A DNA stretch of 64,000 bases. It comes from Lachnospiraceae bacterium (lineage in GTDB: Bacteria; Bacillota; Clostridia; Lachnospirales; Lachnospiraceae). Positions 56,924 to 64,000 of the stretch are shown piece by piece. Below the pieces are notes generated by a model. The model was given only the letters and a program-made list of their open reading frames with translations. It had not been told where the DNA came from and ran no database searches. The position numbers were made by a program, and so were the translations under genes. How positions within the stretch are numbered: position 1 is the stretch's first letter; every line of letters begins with the position of its first letter. The DNA lies in assembly GCA_045114695.1 (NCBI GenBank), contig JBGUKX010000017.1, positions 65,201 to 129,200 on the forward strand, written 5' to 3'.

Positions 56924-57018
56924 AATAAACGTCCTCCTGTAGTGCCCTCCGGGCCGGCCGCTGCCGCGCCCCGGAGCCTTCGTCATTCGTTCCGCCCGTA
57001 GGGTCTTCCCCGCGTCCC

Positions 57019-58428
57019 TCAGGCTTCCTCGTACACAATCTTGTTGAGAGCGCTGAGATGCGCGCGGATCGACGCGCCGATGATGTCGGTGGAGATTCCG
57101 TTGCCGGAATAGACCCTTCCGCCCGCGCGGAGCTTGACGAGGGCGCTTCCCATGGCGTCCCTGCCCTCCGTCACGGTCTGGATCTGGAAATCGTCGAGCT
57201 CGTAGTGATGGCCGATGATCTGCTCGATGGCCTGGAAGGCCGCGTCGATCGGGCCGTCCCCGATTCCCACGCCGCGGATCTCCCGGCCGTCCTTCTCGAG
57301 GAGAATGTTGGCGGTGGCCGTGATCACATTTCCGCTGTTGATGACGTAATTTTTCAGTTTATAGGTCGAGGGGACCTGCATCGCGGAGCTCGCGACGATG
57401 GCGTCGAGCTCCTTCGTTCCCACGAAATGCTTCTTCTCCGCCACCGAGAGGAAGGCCTCGTAGACCCTGGCGTTGTCCTCCTCGGTGAGGTCGTAGCCGA
57501 GCTGGCGGACGACGCGGATCACGTCGCCGATCTCGTCGTTTCCGTCCAGGCAGACCCCGGAGGCGTCGCCGAGGGCGACGTTGGAAAAGCGGGAGGTTTC
57601 CTCCGGCTCCGGCTCGAGGATCCGGCCCAGCTGTCCCACGACGCGGTGGAGCTCCGTCAGGCGGACGCCGGTGGAGAGATCCAGGTCATTTCCCTTCACC
57701 TCCACGAACTTCGCCAGCTCCTCGATCGTCGGGTAGCCGTTGGGAAGCACGGTGCACTTCACGCCCGCGGCGCCTCTCTGAACCGCCGCCGCCGCGCAGG
57801 CGAGGGCCATGTTCATGGCGTCGCTGACCTCCACATAGAGCTCTATGTCGGCGAGGCCGGGGACGTTCTCCATGACGCCTCCGACAAAAGCGCCGAACTC
57901 GTCCGGCATCATGACGCCGGCGGTGTCGCAGACCGTGATCTTGTTGGCCCCGGCTTCCACCGCCGTGTTCAGGGCCTGATACAGAAACTCCGGCTCGGCG
58001 CGGGTGGCGTCGACGGCGGAGAATTCCACGAATTCGCTGTAAAAGCGGGCCTTTTTCACCTGGTCGGCGATGGCCTCCAGCATGGCGGGCGCCTTCCGGT
58101 GGCACGTGTATTCCATCTGGACGGTGGAGACGGGCGCGATGATGTTGAGCTTGGGCTTCTTCGCGGTGCGGACGCTCTCCCAGGTCTCCTCCACGTTTCC
58201 GGCGGCGATATCGACAGCGGCTGAGATCCGGGTGACCACCATGGAGGCGATGGTGCGGTTGGCGAGCTGGTCCGCCTTGCTCCCGGAGATCGGCGCCAGT
58301 TCGATCGTATCCGCCCTGAGCCGGTCAAGGCTGCGGGCGATCTCCAGCTTCTCCTTGAAGGACAGTTCCCTTCCGCGCGCGCTGCTTGCCTGTCTCAGTG
58401 TCATGTCGATGAATTTCAGTGTTCTCAT
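57019..58428 (-). CDS. LeuA/citramalate-synthase-like protein (DRE-TIM fold plus LeuA allosteric domain) lacking the catalytic metal ligands
   Basis: DMTLRQ in place of DTTLRD; VEVSD in place of VHCHND; C-terminal GDGPIDAAFQAI...AMGSALV...STDIIGAS allosteric domain. Start at MRTLKF (58428); the track's longer ORF runs into the T-box. Confidence 0.85.
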   Translation of the reverse strand: MRTLKFIDMTLRQASSARGRELSFKEKLEIARSLDRLRADTIELAPISGSKADQLANRTIASMVVTRISAAVDIAAGNVEETWESVRTAKKPKLNIIAPVSTVQMEYTCHRKAPAMLEAIADQVKKARFYSEFVEFSAVDATRAEPEFLYQALNTAVEAGANKITVCDTAGVMMPDEFGAFVGGVMENVPGLADIELYVEVSDAMNMALACAAAAVQRGAAGVKCTVLPNGYPTIEELAKFVEVKGNDLDLSTGVRLTELHRVVGQLGRILEPEPEETSRFSNVALGDASGVCLDGNDEIGDVIRVVRQLGYDLTEEDNARVYEAFLSVAEKKHFVGTKELDAIVASSAMQVPSTYKLKNYVINSGNVITATANILLEKDGREIRGVGIGDGPIDAAFQAIEQIIGHHYELDDFQIQTVTEGRDAMGSALVKLRAGGRVYSGNGISTDIIGASIRAHLSALNKIVYEEA

Positions 58429-58554
58429 GATTGCATTCCTTTCTCTCTGATGTGAACGCTCTTGAGGCCTCCCCGCCGCCGCGGGAAGAGGCAAAGATCC
58501 TGTCTGCTTCCCGCGCCGCGGCTTCTCCGACGGCTTCGCGGGAGGCTCCGGGGA

Positions 58555-58863
58555 TAAAAAACGTCCCGGAGGCTCAGACGCATATCTGACCTCCGGGACG
58601 ACTAGATGCACGATCTGATCGCGGTACCACCCGGATTGCTGCCCGAAAGCAGCCTCTCTTCGGCGCTCCATTAAGCGCCCGGCCTTGGTTACGGGGCCCT
58701 CCGGATCCCCCTACGCAGTCCGCCGCCCGCCGGTCTCTCCCGGAATAGCGTCGGTCCTTCAGGAAATCTGCTCTGGCATGAGACTGCTCGCCGCACTCAC
58801 ACCGGCTCACACCAGCCGCCGGCTCTCTGAAGTGGTGGTCAGTTCGCATAGTGCCGTCATCGC
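58555..58863 (-). ncRNA. T-box riboswitch, leucine specifier CUC
   Basis: Minus strand: stem I with AGAGAG and GGTG boxes, ACTG/CAGT and GGCA/TGCC pairings flanking CTCA (CTC at 58782-58780); T-box AATCCGGGTGGTACCGCG (58637-58620); terminator CGTCCCGGAGG...CCTCCGGGACG-TTTTTT (58600-58555). Confidence 0.93.
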
Positions 58864-59166
58864 ATTTGCTAACTGAAGAAGGATTTTAATGGATGAAAGC
58901 GCTTTTGTCAAGTCTTTCGTCCGCTCCCGGGGGCACGTCTTTCATCTGCTCCCGGAGGCGCCTCTCCTGGCAGACGTTTCTTTCCTCCCGGGCCGGAAAG
59001 CGTCCGCGCGAAAAGCGCCTTTCGCCGCAGTGTCCCTTGCCCGGCCCGTCCCTCTGCATTATACTGAAAGAGAACGGGGCAGACCCGCAGCGGACCGCAA
59101 AGAAAGCCCACTCTCCGTCCGGGGCCGAAGGGCCCGGGGACGGCCTATTTCCGGAGGTAAATATCG

Positions 59167-60579
59167 ATGAGAAAAACCAAGATTATCTGCACCATCGGAC
59201 CTGCCTGCGACACCGAGGAGATGCTGAAGGAGCTCGCCCGCGCGGGAATGAACGTGGCCAGGCTCAATTTCTCCCACGGCACCCATCCGGAGCACCAGGC
59301 GCGCATCGACAGAATCAAGAAGGTACGCGCCGAGATGAATCTCCCGATCGCCATCATGCTGGACACCAAGGGACCCGAATACCGGATCGGCACCTTCGCC
59401 AACGGCAAGGTCTCCCTCGAGGCGGGAAATCCGTTTGTGTTCACGACGGAGGACGTCACCGGCGACGAGAGCCGCGTCTCCGTCAGCTACAAGGGCCTTC
59501 CCGGCGAGCTTGAGCCGGGGGACACCATCCTCCTCAACAACGGACTCATGAACTTCCGGGTCGTCTCCGCCACCGGCACGGAGATCTGCACGGAGGTCGT
59601 CATCGGCGGCGTTCTCTCCGACCGCAAGAGCATGAGCTTCCCCGGGAAGCACATCCGCCAGACCTATCTCTCGGACCAGGACAAGGCCGACATTCTCTTC
59701 GGCATTCAGAACGACATCGACTTCATCGCCTGCTCCTTCGTCTCGGTCCGGCAGGATCTCCAGGACGTCCAGGATTTCCTCGACGCGAACGGCGGGGAAA
59801 AGATCGAGCTGATCGCCAAGATCGAGAACCAGACCGGCTACGACAACATCGAGAGCATCTGCTCGGCCTGCAGCGGCGTCATGGTCGCCCGCGGCGATCT
59901 CGGCGTCGAGGTTCCCTTCGAGAAGCTCCCCGGCATGCAGAAGCAGCTGATCTCCTCCTGCCGGATGCTGGGCAAGCGCGTCATCACGGCCACCGAGATG
60001 CTCGAGTCCATGATCCACAGTCCCCGGCCGACCCGCGCCGAAGCGTCCGACGTGGCGAACGCCGTCTACGACGGGACCAGCGCGGTGATGCTCTCCGGAG
60101 AGACGGCGGCGGGCGAGTACCCGGTGCTGGCGGTACAGACCATGGCGAAGATCGCCGAGGCGACGGAGAACAACATCCCCTACGACCGCCTCTTCCACGA
60201 CAACGAATTCCTGATCAAGAACGAGATCGACGCGATCTCCCACTCCACCTGCGGCATGGCCATCGACCTCAAGGCCAGCGTCATCGTCGCCTGCACCATC
60301 TCCGGCGTCACCGCCCGCATGGTCTCGCGCTTCCGCGCGCCGGTGGACATCATCGGTCTCACCACGGACGAACACACCTGGCGCAAGCTCGCCCTCTCCT
60401 GGGGCGTCACGCCGATGATGTGCGAGATGCTGCCCTCCACCGAGGTTCTGTTCTACACCGCGAAGAAGCTCGCGGCGGACGTCATGAACCTCAGCAAGGG
60501 CGACACCATCATCATCACCGGCGGCATCACCAACGGCCAGTCCGGCAACACCAACCTGATCAAGCTCGAGAAGATCTGA
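59167..60579 (+). CDS. pyk: Pyruvate kinase
   Basis: RKTKIICTIGP, ARLNFSHG, DTKGPE, AKIEN, MVARGDLG, ATEMLESM and PTRAE motifs. Confidence 0.96.
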   Translation: MRKTKIICTIGPACDTEEMLKELARAGMNVARLNFSHGTHPEHQARIDRIKKVRAEMNLPIAIMLDTKGPEYRIGTFANGKVSLEAGNPFVFTTEDVTGDESRVSVSYKGLPGELEPGDTILLNNGLMNFRVVSATGTEICTEVVIGGVLSDRKSMSFPGKHIRQTYLSDQDKADILFGIQNDIDFIACSFVSVRQDLQDVQDFLDANGGEKIELIAKIENQTGYDNIESICSACSGVMVARGDLGVEVPFEKLPGMQKQLISSCRMLGKRVITATEMLESMIHSPRPTRAEASDVANAVYDGTSAVMLSGETAAGEYPVLAVQTMAKIAEATENNIPYDRLFHDNEFLIKNEIDAISHSTCGMAIDLKASVIVACTISGVTARMVSRFRAPVDIIGLTTDEHTWRKLALSWGVTPMMCEMLPSTEVLFYTAKKLAADVMNLSKGDTIIITGGITNGQSGNTNLIKLEKI

Positions 60580-60583
60580 CAGG

Positions 60584-63028
60584 TCACGGCCTCGCGGCGC
60601 GCCCCATGACGAGCCGGATCTCATTTTCCTGCCGGAGGTCCGCCGCGGGGATATAGTTGTCCCTCATTTTCCTTCCGTTCAGCTCGAGGACGGCGCAGCC
60701 GGACTCGACATGGTCCGGATTTTCGACCACGATGTGAAGTACGCTTCCCCGGAATGATTTTCGGATCTCAAGTCCCTCCCATTCCGGGGGAATCGCGGGA
60801 TCAATCCGGATTCCTTCCAGATCGGGCCTCATTCCGAGAATTCCTTCCACCGACCCTACCATGACGGTCGAGGCGGTTCCCGTCAGCCAGTGCACGTGGG
60901 AACGCCCGAAGTGGGGGCTGGTCCGCCCTTCCGTGAACTGGCCGTAGCAGTAGGGCTCCATCCGGCGGATCTCCGCCTCCCCGTTCTGCGCCGCCGGACA
61001 GTTCTCCCGGTAGACGCGGTAGGCGCGCCCGCCGTGGCCGGCGAGGGCCTCCGCCAGGATCAGCCACCCCTGGGACTGGGAAAAGATTCCCCCGTTCTCC
61101 TTCACCCCCGCGTTATAGATCTGCATGAGGGCGCCGTCGAAGCCGTGCTCCCTGTAGGGCGGATCCATCAGGAGCGCCCCGTATCTGGTGTTGAGAAGGG
61201 CGTCCACGCTCCCAAGCGCCTTCTCCCTCTGTTCTTCATCCGCCAGACCGCTGATCACGGCCCAGCTCTGGGGGTTCAGCCACATGGAGGCCTCCGGATC
61301 GGTTCTCCTTCCGATCACGGCGCCGTCCTCCCGGAAGCCCCGGATGAAGCGGTCCCCATCCCAGCAGAGCCCGGCGACGAGCTCCCGCAGGTCCTTCTGC
61401 TTCGCGGCGAGGAACGCCTCGTACTCCGAATCCTTCCGGAAGGCCGCAAATTCCCTCAGAACCGTCATCGCGTAATAGTACTGGAAGGCCACGAAGGTCG
61501 ACTCGCCCGCGGCGCCCAGCCTCAGGCAGTCGTTCCAGTCGGCGTAGAGGCCGGCCGGCATCCCGTGGGGTCCCAGGTGGTTCATCGAGAACTCCAGCGC
61601 CCGCTTCAGATGGTCGTAGACGGTGTCCTCTCCCCTGTTGGCGTAGGGCACCACCTCGTCGAGGAAGGCCGTGTCCCCCGTCTCCGCCGCGTATTTCCAC
61701 ACCGTCGGGAAGAGCCACAGGGCGTCGTCCGCGCGGTAGGCGGGATGCCCCGTCTCCTTCACGTAGGAGGCGTCGTCGGGCGTGTCCTCGTGTCCCGCGT
61801 TGTGGGTGAACCGGACGAGGGGCAGGCCCGCGCCGTTGTCCGCCTGGGCGGACAGCATGAAGCGGAGCTTCTCCTTCGCCGCCTCCGGGGCGAGATGGAT
61901 CACGCCCTGGATGTCCTGCACCGTGTCGCGGTAGCCGTAGCCGTTCCTGAGCCCGCAGTAGATGAAGGAGGCCGCCCTGGACCAGGTGAAGGTCATAAAG
62001 CAGTTATAGGCGTTCCAGGTATTGATCATCGTGTCGAAGGCCGGATCCGGCGTCTTCACGCGGAACGCCCCCAGGCGCTCCTCCCACTCTTCCCGAAGCG
62101 CCCGGATCTCCTCCGATACGGTCCGGCGCAGGGCGCCGTTTTCCGCCGCCGTATAGCGCCCGATGATCTCCCGGATCTCCCCGTCGTTCTTCGCGCCGAG
62201 CAGGAAGGCCAGGTCCGCCGTCTCCCCGGGGAGAAGCCGGATCACGGCCGAGAGCGCGCCGCAGCCGTATTCGTTGTAATTCATCTCCCCGCCGAGGTCT
62301 CCCCTCTCGACGCCCGCGGGATTCGCGTAGCTCCGGTATGGTCCGAGGAAGGCGTCCCTGTCGCCGCAGAAGGATGAAACCGGCGCGCCCGCCAGCGCGA
62401 AAACGCGCTCCTCCACCTCGTTTCCGTCCTTATTCCCGGAAATGTCGACCCCGTCGAGATTTCCGTGGACGAGATGCGCGATCCTGTCGCCCCGGAAGGC
62501 CGTCCTCGTGATAAAGCGGGAGTACTGGAGGTTCACCTGGTCCTGCTCATAGTTTCTGTGGCTGGTGAACTCCGCGTATCCGGTAACGGTCAGCTCCCGC
62601 GGCCGGTCGGAATCGTTTCTCAGCGAAAGGGCCCAGACCTCATAGGTCTCTCCCTTCGGCACGTAGTAGGACGCCTCGCTCCGGATGCCGCGGTAGTCCG
62701 CGGAGATCACGGTATAGCCCAGGCCGTGCCTGCACTCGCTGCCGTAGACGGAGAGATCCTTCCCCACCGGCTGCCAGGACGCGGACCAGTAGTCGCCGTC
62801 CCCGTTGTCCCGGAGGTAGATGTACCGGCCGGGCGTATCCGAGCCGTCAAAATGATAGCGGAGAATTCTCCCGTCCGCGCCGGACTTCACAAAGCTGTAG
62901 CCGCCGGCGTTGCCGGAGATCAGGGCCCCGTAAGCCGGGGACCCCAGATAGTTCGCCCAGGGAGCGGGCGTATCCGGTCTGGTGATGACGTACTCTCTCG
63001 CTGCGTCGTCGAAATATCCGTACTGCAT
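60584..63028 (-). CDS. GH94 glycoside phosphorylase (cellodextrin/cellobiose/chitobiose type)
   Basis: YGYFDD..REYVITRP, GYRDTVQD, ADWNDCL, KENGGIF and WLTGTAS motifs. Confidence 0.92.
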   Translation of the reverse strand: MQYGYFDDAAREYVITRPDTPAPWANYLGSPAYGALISGNAGGYSFVKSGADGRILRYHFDGSDTPGRYIYLRDNGDGDYWSASWQPVGKDLSVYGSECRHGLGYTVISADYRGIRSEASYYVPKGETYEVWALSLRNDSDRPRELTVTGYAEFTSHRNYEQDQVNLQYSRFITRTAFRGDRIAHLVHGNLDGVDISGNKDGNEVEERVFALAGAPVSSFCGDRDAFLGPYRSYANPAGVERGDLGGEMNYNEYGCGALSAVIRLLPGETADLAFLLGAKNDGEIREIIGRYTAAENGALRRTVSEEIRALREEWEERLGAFRVKTPDPAFDTMINTWNAYNCFMTFTWSRAASFIYCGLRNGYGYRDTVQDIQGVIHLAPEAAKEKLRFMLSAQADNGAGLPLVRFTHNAGHEDTPDDASYVKETGHPAYRADDALWLFPTVWKYAAETGDTAFLDEVVPYANRGEDTVYDHLKRALEFSMNHLGPHGMPAGLYADWNDCLRLGAAGESTFVAFQYYYAMTVLREFAAFRKDSEYEAFLAAKQKDLRELVAGLCWDGDRFIRGFREDGAVIGRRTDPEASMWLNPQSWAVISGLADEEQREKALGSVDALLNTRYGALLMDPPYREHGFDGALMQIYNAGVKENGGIFSQSQGWLILAEALAGHGGRAYRVYRENCPAAQNGEAEIRRMEPYCYGQFTEGRTSPHFGRSHVHWLTGTASTVMVGSVEGILGMRPDLEGIRIDPAIPPEWEGLEIRKSFRGSVLHIVVENPDHVESGCAVLELNGRKMRDNYIPAADLRQENEIRLVMGRAARP

Positions 63029-63087
63029 GATCGATTTCCTCCCGAAATCCGATGGTTTCCGTTTCTGCTGCCTTTTTCCTGTTTCTT

Positions 63088-63172
63088 CCGCCGGTTTTGA
63101 AACCTGCCGCCGGTTTTAATGCCTTCCGCTGGTTTTGACGCCCTCCGCCGGCTTTGACGCCTGCCGCGGCGG
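63088..63172. repeat. 19-bp imperfect tandem repeat, about 4.3 copies, intergenic
   Basis: CCGCCGGTTTTGAAACCTG-type units at 63088, 63107, 63126, 63145 and 63164. Confidence 0.85.
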
Positions 63173-63194
63173 ACATCCGGTTTTTCCGCCGTCC

Positions 63195-63920
63195 TCAGTC
63201 TCTTCCGCCGGAGAGCGACAGCGGCAGCTCCAGCCGGTTCGCCTCCAGCAGCTTCCGGTCCGACAGGATTTCCCGGGCGGGTCCCTCCGCGGCGATCCTC
63301 CCTCCGGACAGAAGAATGACCCTGCCGCAGGTATCCAGAATCATATCCAGATCGTGGGAAGAGATCAGCTTCGTCCCGGGGATGTCCCGGATGGTCCGGA
63401 TCACGAGGCGCCTGTTGAAGGGATCCAGGGCGGAGGTGGGCTCGTCCATCAGGATCGTCTCCGGCTCCATCGCCAGCACCACGGCGATGGCGGCCATCTT
63501 CTTCTCCCCGGCGGAGATCCTGTGGTTGTGCCGGTGCTTCAGCTCCGACAGGCCCATTCTTTCCAGCACCGCGCTGACCTTCGCCTCGGCCTCCTCCCGC
63601 GGCATCCCGTAGTTCAGCGGCGCGAACATCATGTCCTCGTACACCGTCGGCATGAACATCTGGTTGTCCGAGTTCTGCAGCACAAAGCCCGTCCTTTTCC
63701 GTATCTCCGCGAGATTTTTCTTCGTCACGTCCAGGCCGCTCACCGTCACCTTGCCCCCGGCCTCCAGGAGGCCCAGAAGAACCTTCATGACGGTGGATTT
63801 GCCCGCTCCGTTGGGGCCGATAAGGCCGACGGTCTCCCCGTCCCCGATCCGGAAGGAAAGATCCTTCAGCACCGGGGCGCCCGGTTCGTAGGCGCAGGTC
63901 ACCTGCTGCAGTTCAATCAT
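63195..63920 (-). CDS. ECF transporter ATPase (CbiO/EcfA-like)
   Basis: GPNGAGKS, VLQNSDNQMF, ISAGEKK, MDEPTSALD and SHDLD motifs. Confidence 0.9.
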   Translation of the reverse strand: MIELQQVTCAYEPGAPVLKDLSFRIGDGETVGLIGPNGAGKSTVMKVLLGLLEAGGKVTVSGLDVTKKNLAEIRKRTGFVLQNSDNQMFMPTVYEDMMFAPLNYGMPREEAEAKVSAVLERMGLSELKHRHNHRISAGEKKMAAIAVVLAMEPETILMDEPTSALDPFNRRLVIRTIRDIPGTKLISSHDLDMILDTCGRVILLSGGRIAAEGPAREILSDRKLLEANRLELPLSLSGGRD

Positions 63921-64000
63921 GGAATGTCCTCTTTCCCGCTTTCTCTTTCACCATTCCCGAAAAACACAAAAAGAAAGGATGGCCCCGGCGGCCCGCCGCG

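Noticed and set aside
58429-58671. 81-aa N-terminal extension of the LeuA-like ORF in the track
   Set aside because: It runs through the T-box antiterminator and terminator; an RBS and the family-like start are at 58428.

Overview
GC-rich chromosomal window from a Clostridia-type anaerobe; gene content and T-box/CIRCE regulation suggest a Lachnospiraceae-like gut or rumen organism (inference). It holds about 45 real genes; most of the other ORFs in the track are antisense shadows. I found no rRNA, tRNA, CRISPR array or intact mobile element. Layout: a housekeeping block (dnaE-pfkA-TrmH-argF-birA-response regulator); a run of secreted or cell-envelope genes (amidase, DUF3048-like, secreted trigger-factor-like PPIase, two SH3b-only proteins, WG-repeat, DUF1002-like); a CIRCE-controlled Hsp20; a minimal SufC/SufB-like pair; a two-component operon; larB-larC; an AT-richer degraded islet at about 45.3-47.8 kb (sirtuin remnant, AAA/DUF4143 ATPase, gene fragments); then pyk, a GH94 phosphorylase and an ECF ATPase. 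The strongest candidate for an undescribed system is a four-gene cluster on the minus strand (50049-58863) behind a leucine (CUC) T-box. It encodes a LeuA-like protein that has lost its catalytic metal ligands but kept the leucine-allosteric domain, a TIM-barrel/acyl-CoA synthetase fusion, an amidohydrolase, and a NifJ-type 2-oxoacid:ferredoxin oxidoreductase with an atypical motif. This fits a leucine route from isovalerate by CoA activation and reductive carboxylation, which is a hypothesis, not a demonstrated function. Short tandem duplications are also frequent in both intergenic and coding DNA.
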